Assembly: GCF_036588685.1 (NCBI RefSeq)
Contig: NC_086377.1
Coordinates: forward strand, 29,326,001-29,390,000
Reading direction: 5' to 3'
DNA length: 64,000 nucleotides
Source: Mytilus trossulus
Lineage: Eukaryota
Of this stretch, positions 1 through 14,141 are shown one piece after another. The position numbers and the translations under genes were made by a program. The notes under the pieces were generated by a model. That model made no database searches and had not been told where the DNA came from. It worked only from the letters and a program-made list of their open reading frames with translations. Within the stretch, counting starts at the first letter, position 1. Every line of letters begins with the position of its first letter.

Positions 1-887
1 CATTATTTTCCCGTTTCTGCCACCAGACCACAATTACTCTTCCGCTTTGCTACAGTGAATGTTTTGGTAAAAGTAAAATTAATTAAAAAAATTGCACCGC
101 TTCAAACACAAATTAAATGTAACAGCTTATGGACCATTATTATTCTAATGAAATATGCTTCTAGGAAAATTCATCAGTGCTTTTCTTTCGAGAACCCTAT
201 TAACATGCAAATCGTAGGATTTGAATCTTGTATAAATGACTAAGGTGGCAGAAACCAGTTATTTTACAATAAATCTTTAGAACTTCATGGATTTATGATT
301 TTATTTTCTTGAAAATTCATTCAAGCTTATATGCAAATAAAATGTATGGTTTCAAGGAACCAAGATGTGTGCGTGCTTATGTAAATATATAGAAAACCTT
401 TAAATGTGAGTGTCTGTCCAGCATGGAGATTTAAAAATTTATAAATGCATTGTAAATAAGGCAAAAAATGTGATGCTCTGATACCAATCTATTGCTCATT
501 TGCAGAATCCTGCTAAAAGCCGACAAGAATTTTAGGCAAAATTCAAGTGAATTAGAGCCTTGTCCGAACCTATCCTTACCATCAAAATCTCAAGATATTT
601 TTGTTTACAAAAAAATGAATATTTTCACTACTTTGATTGGATGCCGTCAAGTGAGGAGACCACAATTTTGACATCTGATTGGACCCATGTGTGAAGGAAA
701 TCCCCAACCTGTGTATGCAACTACTTACTTGTGTAGTATACTAGCCTAGAATTTACATTCACTTATTTTTTTAGTCCACATGATGCAATCATATACCTCA
801 ATGCTTTACTATAACAAAATTTCTGCGTGGGACACATGTTCTGGTACACCAAAACTGGTACCTGCTACCTAAGGCTAATTCCTACAC

Positions 888-940
888 TACTTTCGTTTTA
901 GCCAAATAACTACTTTCGTTTTAGCCAAATAACTACTTTC
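888..940. repeat. 23-bp tandem repeat (~2.3 copies)
   Basis: tactttcgttttagccaaataac repeated. Confidence 0.85.
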
Positions 941-1370
941 ACTTTCAACAATAATTTTTGTCCACATGTTTTACTTATTTCAATACATATATATGCAACG
1001 GTTATGACCCTTTGAATAGTACACATTTCAAAGGAAACAGTAGAGAAAATACTTAGGAATCATGACCCCGTATAATAAGTGGGAACTATATTCAAAGACC
1101 ACGAACAAAAATAATTGATTGTGGTTTGAAACCTTCTGTATATACTCTGAACATATTATAAAGTGTATTTGCTAATAATTACCAATTCCAAGTTTTTTCT
1201 CCACGGCGATCACTGCAGTATAACTATATTTCGTATGCGACTTTTTGTCATGTGACTTTGTTTCTGTGATACAGTCATTACAAAAGGGGACCTACCTTTT
1301 CCCACTTGTGCAAACCCGTTTTCAACTTCAACTTCGTACTTTATTTGGCCTATTGAACTTTTTTTGATTC

Positions 1371-1416
1371 GAGCGTCACTGATGAGTCTTTTGTAGACGA
1401 AACGCGTGTCTTGCAT
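1371..1416 (+). ncRNA. Minimal type I hammerhead ribozyme motif (Penelope-like repeat remnant), 3' arm degenerate
   Basis: GCGTCA-CTGATGA-GTC-ttttgta-GAC-GAAAC-gcgt-GTC: core boxes CUGAUGA and GAAAC, stem II GUC/GAC, GUC cleavage triplet at 1408-1410; the stem I 3' arm (ttgcat) pairs poorly. Confidence 0.6.
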
Positions 1417-3735
1417 ACATTGTATATACAAAATTTAGTCCTGGTATCTATGATGATATAAAAAAGATGTGGTATGATTGCCAATGAGACATCTATCCAC
1501 AAAAGACCAAAATGACACAGACATTAACAACTATTGGTAACCGTACGGCCTTCAAGTTTATTTTCATCCCATCATGCTCTCCATACAATTTTTACGTAAA
1601 TATTTCTTCGGTGCTAAGACTGATAACAGACACTTACTCATGTGACAGAAGTGAAAATAGTGAGTCAGAGTAACATATGAATTACATTACATTTTCATAT
1701 TTTAGCACAGGTTGATAGGCTTCACACCTAGACCTCGAGGACTGAAGTCAGCTGCAGTACCAACACTTTTCGCATTCAACCAAGGCTTGAGAGATGACAG
1801 TAATTCACAAACAAGAATAAGAGTGTTGAATGAGGTAAAAATGTCATCATCTTTTTGATTTATAAATGAATGCGATGTTGGCTGATCAAAAATTAATATT
1901 TTAAAGCAAGTGGAATACAATAACAGTTGGTGTCTTCTGGCTATTCCTACATTTTGTATTTTATTATTCTGGCTAGTAATCCTACATGGGAGATTAGTGG
2001 GAGAGCAATACATGTTGTTATTGCAAGATATGTTGTTTTAATTATTAGTCTCTAATCAGAAACCAGGTAACTTAAAATGTGAATTTTAAATAAAATTATT
2101 CTTTATATGAAATTTATGTAAACAATGTTGTTTATTTTGGTAGTTGGAAAACCTAAATCAAATGTTATAATAAAGTGTTTCTAATATGGAACATCTTGAA
2201 AATAAAATCATTTAAAAGAAAATGTAGTGTAAGCATTAAATAGTACCCAATAAGTTCAACTTTAGCTTTAAAGATTTAATTGATCTCATTATTTGAATAA
2301 ATAATGATTTTTAAACAACAACAGAAAGGTCCACATCAAATAATTTAGAAGGTTGAAATAATAAACCAATGAAGTTAGTCAATACACCACACCCAAACAT
2401 CTTCCGCATGATCAAGTTGTTGCGTAAAGAAGAAGCTTTCCTTGCTCTTGCTTCACACATAGCAATACAGAACTTGTGGTAAACATGATCCAAGAAAGAG
2501 AAAATGTACAGGGAAATAGATGACAAGACTTTGTGACGGTTTTTCCATAGGATGTCGGATGTGAACAGCTAAATATTTAAGTCTGAGATGCATGAACATT
2601 TTTATTAGTTGTTTTTGACTTTGAACTAGGTGTCAGTAACTGAAAGTACTATCATATCTGTACAAATTGTAGTTTGGTTGTGGGGATGTACAAGTACTCG
2701 TCCACGTCCACTTGCTGTTTTTGTGAGGTGTATTTCTATTTGTATGAATCTAATGAGTTAAGCGGCCTTTTCAACTGTTTTTTTTTTTATTATTTTGTAC
2801 CGTTACACCACTGTCCAGGTTGGAGGGAGGATTGACACCTTCAAAAGAGTTTAACACCACCTCATTCTGAATGTGATTGCTGTGTAACATTTTTTTGTTG
2901 TTCATTATTTTGTACATAAACTAGGCCTTTAGTTTTCTCGTTTGAAATGTTTTACATTTTTCATTTTGGGGTCTTTAAGCTGACTATGCGGTATGGGCTT
3001 TGCTCATTGTTGAAAGCCATTCGTTGACCTATAGTTGTTAATTTCTGTACGTTTTGGTCTATTGCGGAGAGTTGCGCATATGGAAATGTACTGCTTTTTC
3101 TAATTTTTGTATTTAAACACTGAAAACAAGGTTACAGAATGATGAACCTGCGCCAATCTAGTATGTAGATGCTGCTTCTCATCTACTTCAAACATTGATT
3201 CAGACTTTGTATTCTCTTGTGATTTTAATTAAGTTAAGAGAAAAATCACAAAAGTACTGAACCCAGAGTAACCCGGGCGACGTCTAAGCCAGTTTGTTCT
3301 TTGTATTATTAGTATTCATCATGCACAGAGCTACCAAGTTAATGATGCCTTCGGGGAATAATCCACCAGCAGTAAAGTTTCCTCTAGAAAGTTGACTTGG
3401 TTGTAGTAAAAAGTAAAATCACAAAAATACTAAACTCAGAGAAACCCGGCGCGATTTATTACTGTATAAGTGCTTTGCTTTAACGTCAATTTAGTGTACT
3501 TGTGGTGCTTTATTTCAATGAGAATGTAGTGTTACTCAAAATTTAGTGCTTTGTTTCAAAGAAAAATTACTCCCAATTTAGATAAATTTATATTTCAATT
3601 AATATCATTTACAAATGTACTAGTATATATTAATGTTTTTTTTCACCTAAATAATTTTAAATGCTTGTGATAAAAATTGGCTTATAATTTAGCCTTAAAA
3701 TTCATTTTGTGTTTTTGAATATTATTTACCACAAA

Positions 3736-6676
3736 GGACTAGGGGCTATAAGGGCCATTTTTGGCCCCACCCCCAAATTTCATTTAATTGGTCATGTTGT
3801 AAGTCTATACCATAGACCTTCAGAAAATAATTGAATTTAGGGACTAGCTCGTTTATTCTGTTGCCTAGCAACCAATATAATGGTGGAGTTAAACTCATGA
3901 AATATGATTATTATACAGCTTTAATTTATCTATATTTGATATTAAACCTGTTTAGCATGTGGTGAACTTTACACTTATACACTATTTAAGTATTACATAA
4001 TTAAATTCACAGTTTTGCCAAATTTACTGTTGTTTCTCCCTAGCAACACATCTGTGTCCATGGCAACGGCAATTAGTTTTCTATTTTACCAGATTTATTT
4101 TTAAATATGTTGAAACAGCAAGGCAATTTGAGATGCGAATTGTAAAAAGTAACAAAGACTCCAAAGTAAATGTTAAGGGGAAAATCAATATTGAAACATC
4201 AACAAACAAAAGAAAACACCGGTTATTGCTGATTGTGCATCTAGTGCTGGGTGTGGTCTCACTCATCAGCGACAAGAAGAATAATACAAAGACAAGAACA
4301 CATATTTAGCGCTAAGAAATCTTAAAATTTATGATCTAAAGTAAATAAATACAGACACATGCATTAAATGGTGTTTTAAATGTCTGTGTATTTCCATTAC
4401 AGTAGTGATGTTTCAGGTAGGGGTTGGGGTTGGAGGGGGCCACTTCCATTTTCAAGATGATAGGACGTGCCTCTGAAATAATTCACCTTTTGAAGCTTAA
4501 AATAAGTGAAAAGTTAAGAAAACTATCAGATATAAGATAAGGACAATAAAGTTCCTATAACTTCATTGACTGTCAACTTGTTTGGTGTTCCAGCTGTGTC
4601 TTTCTTTATCAACCAATTTTTCTCTTTTGACACTTGAATATTCCTCTTTTACATAAAACCACATGAAACTAAATCAATATGGCAAAAGGTAACTTTTTTC
4701 CTACGCAATATATGAAAACGTCTATATTTTTTAAAATGTAAAACCGGGTGAGGTAACAAAACAGTGACACGTATACCCCTATCAATTAAGTGTTGAAGTA
4801 CATCCCCCCTCATCTATACATATGAAGAGGATCGTTATATTGATTTTTCGAAATTCATCTTATTTTGATTATATATTTCAGATGTTCAGATTTATATCGT
4901 TCATATCATTCTTTAGCATTGCAAAACTGGTACATGCTACTACATTTTGTATCTCAAAAAATCTGTATTCTTTTTTTTTTTCTATATTCATTATATATAT
5001 TATTTGTTTTATTGTAGTTCTTGTCACTGTGACTAGTCTGTGATTTTAGTCACTTGTGGACAGCTGTCTCATTGACAATCATACCACATCTTCTTTTTTA
5101 TAGTTTATCTTTCGCCTTCACTAACCATAGTGTCGTATGACCTTGGTCTTTGATTATCATGACAATATTCATTTTGCAATGTATATATATTACGTCAAAA
5201 TAGTTGAAAACAAGAATATATCTTTAGTACATGGATGCCCAAATCGCAAAACTTACACAGGCCAGATAATCTTTAATTGGGACAGGCGCGAAAATCGGCG
5301 GACTTAAAAATGTTTTTTTGAGATCTCAAACCCCCTCCTCCTTTACCTCTAGCCAACGTAGAAAAAAATAAAACACACAAAAATAGGTACAATAAAACAT
5401 AGTTCAAAAGAAGTCTGAGTCTGATGTCAGATTAAACTACCTTGACCGTAAACTTAAACCTGAAGCAGGACACAAGGACGATCAGACGAACAGACAAACA
5501 GACGCAAAGACCAGAAACATAATGCCCACAAATGGGGCGTAACAAAATTCTTAAAATTACACTTCATTTATACACATGATTATAAAACTATTCAAAACAT
5601 AACCTTTACAAAGGTAACAGACATGTAGGATGCTTACAGACTTCGGGCACTTATTTCTATGCATGGGAAAGTCAACTACTAGTATCCATAAATATATATA
5701 CATGTATATATACCGATATATGGATAGTCTACCTCATGCTGTTTCCGTTCTCTTACCATCAACTTTTATATAACTTGTTCTCTATGCTCATTATCAACAA
5801 AGACACATCCAATTGGAATATAGGTAAATTGTAGTTTCATTTTTAAAATAAAAGTCTTTTTTTTTGCCAATTTGTAAATTTAAGGAAACTAATCTTTTTA
5901 AATTCCCCCCCCCCCCCCCCCCCCCCCCCCTGTCCTGATATAAATCATGGTTCCGACCCTAATACCAGAGAGAGAAGATTGACCCATACAAACACCAAAT
6001 TTTGAATTGATAATTAGCAGAAACATAAGAAATATACAGATTGATTATTGATATTGAAGGTCTATCTATAATTTCATAATTAAAAAAAAATTGTCCTCGA
6101 AGATGTTATTGGCTACCTTCCAATATGTAGTTCATTGGTTTCGTATTTTTTTAAGAAATTTAACTAGATATACTTATGGAAATAATATTAGGAATACACG
6201 GTACATTCATAAACAAAAAAATAAAGTTCCTATAGGCATACAAATGTATAAACTAAACTTTGTCAGATGAATAGGGTAAATTTGGACGTCATATTTCAGC
6301 TTTGTATTGCTCTGATTGGCAATGAAAACAATAAAATAAACTATCGCACCAACCTTGCACCAAAAAGATTTTTTGTCCGAAGTTTGATATGTATGAACTT
6401 GTCAAAATGCTAAAATTTCTTTTTGGTGCAAGCATGGTGCGGTGGTCAACATTTAGAAAAAACATCAAAATTTCTGTATTTTTGCTTATTTTCCCAATTA
6501 TGACCTCATTTGCACCTACCATTGTGACGTCATTGAACCTTTTTTTGTTAGATAAAAACATTTTTTTCAAATCATTGACTCATATTCTAATAATTTATGG
6601 AGAAAAATCTGCTCTGTTATAATTTTTATTATCTTGTAAATCTGGGGCCATTTTAGGCCATTATAGCCCCTACTCC
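3736..6676. mobile_element. Non-autonomous TIR DNA element (GG...CC ends, flanked by AAA|TTT), with other repeats nested inside
   Basis: Left ggactaggggctataagggcc vs reverse complement of right ggagtaggggctataatggcc (19/21); flanks acaaa| and |tttgc; no TSD; no convincing ORF. Confidence 0.55.
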
Positions 6677-6770
6677 TTTGCTTTTAAATTATTCTATATT
6701 CAAAATATTGAAATATTGCAATTGAATGAATATAAAATATTGTATTATAATTTATATTCTTTTCTTTATT

Positions 6771-8163
6771 TCGGCATTTTGCATTTGTGCCGATCTGCAT
6801 TTCAATTGCGCCGATTTTTTTTTACAGGTAAAGTACAGCTGAAAAGATATAAGAAGATATGACATGAGTGCCAATGAGACAACTCTCTATCCAAGTCATG
6901 CTATTTCAAGTTCATTTATCATTAAAGACCTCTTCCGATAGCCAGTTGTACAAATGCCAAGAATTGTCAGTCATAACATGTAACAACTGTTGTTCTCTGC
7001 TAACCACGGGGAGGTGGAAGTAGGGTTTCGAGCATGATAAATCAATATAAAAGCATATATATATATTTCTCTAATTCTACGGAAATTTATCCCTTTCCGA
7101 ACCCATTGTATACAAAAATTTAATCAACGTGTGGTTGCTGGTGATCTCAAAAGATCATTGGATGATTTTCAGGGTCATGACCTTTTTAGACAACAGGATG
7201 AATCAAAATATGCCAACAGGTGTTGATGAAATTGACAACTTCGTGCAATGTGAAAGGCACTCCAAGGGGATTTTCGGTTAACAAAAAAGAAAATGTATTG
7301 TTTAATCATTAGAGAAACAGATTCTTACATATTTACTCGTGGATTATCGGATTTATCCAATCTCGATAGTTAAATTATAAATTTTAAAGTCCTCGCCGAG
7401 GCGGCTTGGACTTTAAAATTGATAATTTAACTATCTCGATTGGATAAATCCGACAATCCACTGGTATCAATGTAAGAATCTATATATATATACATACATT
7501 AAAATCAAGAAGTGAAAACCTAAGATAAAAGCACGCTGTTAATGCTAAAATTAATATATTTACAGTATTCAAGTCCATTTAAAGGGAAAACATTCAAATC
7601 ATAAATCTGTTCTTGTCGAGTGTTATAGGTAACACATCTAATATATTCCTCTCTTGTGATTTCGTCTCTTCTATATTTGGCATAATTGTCGATAACGAAG
7701 TCCATCTTTTCTTTGTCTGGCTTACGTACTGATGCGGGCATTTCTATAGTTCGCATTTTCACATGCAGTACGTAGCGGCGTGGATTTTCTTGATAACAAC
7801 TTTAAAAACATACAAGTTGGGTGCAGCTGCTCAGAAATGAGGTGGGTAGCGTTATACTGAGCATACATATATGTACTTAGTCCGTAGCCCAAGAATGTTA
7901 GACATTTGTCATCAGAAGGATTGTCAGACATATTGTCAAACTTGAAGCAGTCATTGATTTCATTTGGGGAAGGAATGGTAACCCGACAAAATGGGAGAGC
8001 CATTTACCAATGTCGCTTGTTTTGTCTTTATACTCTATGCTCAGCCCATGTTAAAGTATTAACTTACCTGTAACTTACCTGTAAATTCAATTAGGAGAAA
8101 AATAAAATCGGCGCAAATGAAAGAATGAATATTTTCAAAATCAGCGCAAATGTCATACGCCCC
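6771..8163 (-). pseudogene. MULE/MuDR-like transposon remnant with decayed C-terminal transposase fragments (7520-8003)
   Basis: Inverted subterminal motifs tgcgccgatttt / aaaatcggcgca, right end gtcatacgccc; fragments LPF..P.EINDCF...DDKCLTFLGY..TY resemble the MULE transposase C-terminal part. Confidence 0.4.
7319..7481. mobile_element. ~163-bp imperfect palindrome, probably a Crypton-type non-autonomous hairpin element
   Basis: agattcttacat...ggatttatccaatc...ttttaaagtcc-tcgccgaggcggctt-ggactttaaaa...gattggataaatcc...atgtaagaatct; GC-rich loop as in the 14235-14402 hairpin. Confidence 0.6.
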
Positions 8164-9191
8164 TTTATTTAACACAATAATTACCTGGATTTACTTACCG
8201 GGCTGAACTACGTTCACTATTCACTTTTCGCTATTCAAAATTGATGAATAGTGAACTGTGTTTTTTGCACTATTCACTATTCAAGTTTATGAAATTGAAT
8301 ATATTTAGTATTAACTTGTATATGCACTGATGTGGTGCGCATGCCTGGACATCGAAAGACTTCCTTTATTTGAGCTCTTTATTTTGGTGAAATTCATACA
8401 TGTTTTACGTTCCAAAATCCACAAAAACTTTTTCAAACAGTAAACCAATCATAGAGATAACATTTTTCATTCAACATTTTTCAAAAAGTCAAATAATCAC
8501 AATTTAGACATTTCATTAGAATTGACAGTAACTACCGCCAATATCAGTCACATGACCAAACAAATATACCGGAAGTAAACACACATCACATTTACTATCC
8601 TGTCTCACGGCTTTTCTATCGTTCTACTAACATGGTTGAACAGTGAGTAAGTAATACCCAGTACCCTTGAGTTGCCCAAGGGACGACGACTAACTTGTGT
8701 TACATTTATTTAACAATCTTACTATATATTTTCTCTGCACTTCGGCACCATCTCAGTTCGTGCCATGTGAAACAATTTGTTCGGTCTGTAATGCGCATGC
8801 GTCATTTATCTATCAATCGATAGGTTTAAATTTACTATAGACTTATATAGGACAATGATTTATATTCCCTTATTTCATAAACTAACCTTTGATTTTTTTT
8901 TTCTCGTCGTTGTTAAATAAAGTTAATTTGTTGTTTTAGCTTTAAATTGATGTAAAAATTATGAAAATAAGAAATTTAAAACATCCGTTTTTTTTTATTC
9001 AAAAATTACTATCATAAATAACGAAATAAACCATATTTATGTATACACAAATACGGAATTTCTTGAAAACCGTGACTTCTTTTTCCTAAAATAAAAAATA
9101 GTATTACTATTTTTTTTTAATTTCGCGTTGTTTTTTTTGTTAACTTAACAGATGACGGAATATAATGGTGTATTTGTCTTAAATATTACTA

Positions 9192-9671
9192 TTGCTCTTT
9201 ATCAGTCTTTTTATGATCAAAAATTGTATAATAACCAAAATGTTCCCAAATATAATAGTGGTTAGTGGTATACCGCAAACTGAAGAGGAAGATTTACTGC
9301 TGAAAGTTAACGATTTAATGAAAGCCCTAGGGGAAGATGTATATTCAAGTATGAACATAACACATGTAAATCGCTTTCCGTCTAAAATAGAAAACCGCCC
9401 CGGAATTATTAGAATAAGCTTTAGGGACCCTGGTGAAAAAAGTCTGGTTCTTAGAAACAAACGTAATTTAAAGGATATTGAACAGTACAAAAACGTTTAT
9501 ATTAGAAGTAGCAAATCACGCATTGAACGTTTAATAGAAATGAATGCCCGAGCAGTGCTTCGCAAGCTACCCGAAGGCGGTTCATTACGTGTGGATGCTA
9601 GTGGTCGTATCAAACCTCGGATTCAGAGAGTTCAAGATCAGCAGCAAGTTCGTAATGAGAATGGTGAATAG
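9192..9671 (+). CDS. LINE ORF1 C-terminal part (RRM/Tnp22-like)
   Basis: IVVSGIPQTEEED...RPGIIRISF...VLRNKRNLK...VYIRSS, typical of the LINE ORF1 RRM-CTD; true start missing. Confidence 0.75.
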   Translation: MLFISLFMIKNCIITKMFPNIIVVSGIPQTEEEDLLLKVNDLMKALGEDVYSSMNITHVNRFPSKIENRPGIIRISFRDPGEKSLVLRNKRNLKDIEQYKNVYIRSSKSRIERLIEMNARAVLRKLPEGGSLRVDASGRIKPRIQRVQDQQQVRNENGE

Positions 9672-12600
9672 GATTTAACCCGGTCGAACGAATCAATAAA
9701 ATTAGGAACAATTAACATATGTGGATGAACGAGAGATAATTGTGAATTAAGAAAAGGTATCTTCAAATCGATTAACTGTGATATAATTTGTGTTTGCGAA
9801 ACGCATTTAGCTAAAGATGATGTTATTAATGTACCTGGATTTTCTTGGTTTGGTTTTAACAGAGTTGATATACACAAAAAAGCACCGAAACCATCTGGCG
9901 GGATAGGAATTTTAGTTAAAACATGGATTCTTGAACATTATAACGCATCAGTTATTGACAGATCATCCGATGGTATTTTAGGATTAAAATTTGAAAATAG
10001 AACGAATGATTCCAACTTTTTAGTATTTGCATGTTATCTTCCTCCTGAAAATTCATCTAGAGGCCGTGATGCTCCGAGTTTTTTTTGCTCACTTACTAGC
10101 ACAGATATATTTAAATGACGAATGTGATGCAATATTGCTTACAGGGGATTTTAATTCGAGAATTGGATCATTACCAGATACACTGAACGATATAGACTGT
10201 GTTCCAATGAGAAATACAATCGATAAAAGCATTAATCAGCACGGTCACGAATTTATAGACTTCCTCAATAAATCGAAATTTTGTGTATTAAATGGAAGAT
10301 TTCAGGGTTGTGACAATTTCACCGAGAGGCAAATCCGTGGTTGACTATATTTGTGTTCCTCATGACGTGTTTGATAAATGTAAAACGTTTGAAGTGCTTA
10401 CGGCGGAATCTATCGTTAATAACAATTCTTTGTTTGGATTATTAGGTGGGAAATCAAGACTACTCGACCATTCATTATTAATTACAGAGTTTACGGTCAC
10501 GCATTTTGAACAGGCGGTTTCGACAGATAATGAGATGAAAAGAGCACGATTTAAAATTAACCAAATACCGTTAGACTTTATGAGTAGTGAGATACGGAGA
10601 AATGCCTTGATGAATATTATCACTGACATCGAACACTCGCGAGAAACTCAGGAAAACATTGACGTGATTTATGAAAATTTATGCACCGAGATAATCGCAG
10701 AAATGACCGATAAAATCCCACAATATTGTAACTATAACTCTAAGAAGCGTTTTCGAACAAAAAAGCCGTACTGGAACGAAACTCTGACTGAACTTTGGAA
10801 TAAGATGCGTACATGTGAAAAAGATTTCGTCAAGTATTCTGGGAGGAGAAATATTAAAACAACTTTGCGCAATAACTACATGCAAGCTAGAAAATGTTTC
10901 GACAAAAATCTAAGACGGGCAGAACGTACCTATAGAAGAACAGTAGCGGTAGAAATAGAGACAATGACGAGCAAAAATCCAACTGACTTTTGGGAAAAAA
11001 TACGTAAATTAGGACCTAGAAGTAACAAATGTATACCACAGGAAGTCGTTGATGATGATGGTACTATAACTAGATCTGAACAAAAAGTTTTGGAAAGATG
11101 GCGTTGTGATTTTGAAAATTTATACAATGGTTTGTCGAGTGATGAATTTGATTCAGAACACTATACTCAAGCTAAAGTACACAAAAACCTATTAGAGGAA
11201 AATATGGAGGACCCTTTGTATATGCCGAATAATCTTTTAAATGAGAACATATCAAGAAATGAAATAAATGCTATAGTAATGCAAGCGAAACTTCGATCTG
11301 CAAGTGGATATGACGAAATACCATACGATGTTTTAAAATTTCCTGTAGTTATTGAAATAATACACAATCTTTTTCAACTGATTTTTGACTCGAGTTTAAT
11401 TCCGTCCGCCTGGAGAAAATCCATAATTTGTCCTATATTAGAGGATCCGTCGTCAGATGCACGTATTCCGATGAATTACAGAGGAGTCAGTCTATTGTCA
11501 TGTGTAAGCAAACTCTATAGCGCATTTGTTAACAAGAGATTATCAAGTTTTCTAGAGACTGAAAATATTCTTGCAGATGAACAGAATGGGTTCAGGAAAA
11601 ATAGGTCTTGTGAAGATCATATTTTTACCTTAAACAGTATTGTGAGAAACAATCACAACGTCTTTGCGGCATTCATTGACTTAAAAAAGTGCTTTGATTT
11701 CGTTGATAGAGACATGATGTTGTATAAGTTGCGCTTAAATAATACAGACGGCAAAATTTACAATTCAATTGAAAGCATTTATCAGCATACAAGCTCCTGT
11801 GTGCGTATCAACAATAAGCTGACGAATTGGTTTGACTGTAAATCCGGCGTAAAACAAGGGGATAACGTTTCTCCGACACTTTTCTCTATCTTCATCAACG
11901 ATTTGGTTAAAGAAGTAAATGATTTGAATTTAGGATTTGATATTAATGGAAGACAAATTTCACTTCTACTTTACGCTGATGATATTGTTATGTTCGCAAA
12001 AAGTGAGGATGAACTTCAACAAATGTTAAAATGTGATTCATAGCTGGTGTAAACGTTGGAGGGTTCTGATCAACACGGACAAATCTAAGTGCGTGCACTT
12101 TCGTAAAGGACGTAAAAAGCAGAGTGAATTTAACTTTTCAATCGGCAATAATGCGTTAAAAACAGTGGACGATTATAAATACTTAGGTGTAACTTTTAAC
12201 TGTAAAGGTAACTTTAATTTACATGCAGAGACTTTGGCTAAAGGTGCAGGAAGAGCCTTAGGTAAAATTATCTCGAAAATCCATAGTTTAAAGGATTTTG
12301 GTTTTCAGTCTTATGAAAAACTTTTTAATTCGTGTGTTACTCCAATCCTCGACTACGCATCTGGAATATGGGGAAATAGGAAGTTCCAATCAATAGACAA
12401 CGTACAGAACAGAGCAATTCGATATTACTTAGGCGTTCACAGATTTGCACCAATTCTAGCACTGTACGGGGATACTGGATGGATACCAAGTCAGTTTCGG
12501 CATTGGGTAAACATTATTCGCTACTGGAATAGGCTATTATCGTTTGAAGACGACCGATTAACGAAAGTGGTGTTCAATATGGATTATGATCGTTGCACAA

Positions 12601-13434
12601 ACAATTGGTGTAGTGACACTAAAGATATTTTCACGGAACTTAATATGTTACATTATTATGAAAGTAGAACAATGGTGGATTTAAAATCTTTTGAACAAAT
12701 TGTACGAACTCATTACAGTGATATATGGAGAGAGTCCTTGATAAATAAGCCAAAGCTACGATCTTACTTAAACTTTAAAACAAACTTCGAACTAGAGCAC
12801 TATGTAAAACTAAATCTTACGAAACACGAGCGATCTGTGCTAGCCCAGTTTAGATGCGGGATATTACCGATCAGAATTGAGACTGGTAGATATATTGGGG
12901 AACCAGTAGAAAACAGACTATGTCGTTTTTGTAACTCTCAAAATGTTGAAAGTGAGCTACATTTTCTTATAAACTGCACATTTTATAATGATATCAGACA
13001 AACTGTTTTTAGCGAGATATTAATGGTGCCTGACTATACGCAACTAGATGACCAGGGAAAATTAACATTTCTAATGGTGAACCATCCAAGGAAAATAGCT
13101 AAATACTTAGCAGCGTCACTTTTCCGTAGAAAACAAACAGTTTACTCTAGTTAACATTCTTAAACTTTTTTACAAACTTTAGATGAATTTATCATTATAT
13201 GAACTTTTACAATCGTACGTTAATTCTTAATCTATAATTATCTGTATTTAAATTTAAATTGGCAATTGACACGTGATATTAGAACATTTATATTGAACTA
13301 AAAGTAAAAGGTGACTTAATGGTCCATTGGGCCGGGTGTATCATATATGTAACTATATTTTGTACAAATTTATATATTTATGCTGACTTACACATGTCAC
13401 GTTAATAAACAATTTACTTACTTACTTACTTACT
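9250..13434 (+). mobile_element. Non-LTR retrotransposon (L2/CR1 group), 5'-truncated
   Basis: ORF1 fragment, APE endonuclease, RT, C-terminal Cys/His motif, 3' UTR with AATAAA followed by (TTAC)n tail at about 13414-13434. Confidence 0.9.
9672..13154 (+). pseudogene. LINE ORF2 (APE endonuclease + reverse transcriptase), one in-frame stop and about 3 frameshifts
   Basis: LGTINICG, DIICVCETHL, GDFNSR, SVVDY, DHS (APE); YRGVSLL, QNGFR, FIDLKKCFD, GVKQG, LLYADD, YKYLG (RT); ETGRY..RLCRFC..ESELHFLINC. Confidence 0.92.
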
Positions 13435-13970
13435 ATAATACGCTGTAATATAAAGGCCTAGGGAAAACTTGTATTGGTATGAAATACTAGGGTTTATCTC
13501 TATAAGGTTAAAAAGACAAAAAATATTGTATTATTGAAACAAGTACAATGTATGTACAATCTAAGAATAAAAAATATAGTTAGTAGAATATCCCAGGTGT
13601 TTTGTATAATAAAAAAATGGCATTTGTTTGTTTCCATGATAGAGGATAGAATATATCATCAATGAATAATGTTAAAAGTTTAGTTTAAGCTATACAAATA
13701 AATATAAATATATATATTTTAATATTGTTAAAAAAAATGACGAAAGCTGCAGAAACAAATAATGACATAACACACACAAGACTGACATTTTGCAGAGGAC
13801 TATGTATAATAAATTGCCGTGGATTTATGGCTTCATAGCGTAAACTGTGGCATCTTCGTGAAGAGATATTTACAATAAACAACAATTGGATTAGGTAAAT
13901 TGATAGCGGCAAGCATATTATTTTAATAAAATATTTGTTTACGAGAACAAATTACAGTTTACCGTTGAGC

Positions 13971-14141
13971 ATGGCTGCTTCACATCATAATCTTCGTCCA
14001 AAATCAGACATTAATTGGAGAAAACTTTGTTTTGGTGAACCACTGCCACACCAAAAGAAAAGGATACTCGAACAGAGACACACCTTACCAGAAACATATC
14101 ATATCGAAAGAATCATTACCAAAAAAAGTGTTCCCGTACAG
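13971..14141 (+). pseudogene. Chromodomain-protein gene, exon 1
   Basis: ATG at 13971, 57 codons ending TYHIERIITKKSVPVQ, phase-0 donor CAG|gtatat; supplies the first strand of a chromodomain. Confidence 0.7.

Noticed and set aside
13-255. 12-bp inverted repeat gtttctgccacc / ggtggcagaaac
   Set aside because: At the window edge, no TSD, too short to call
5905-5930. Poly-C run
   Set aside because: Simple homopolymer within a repeat, length unreliable
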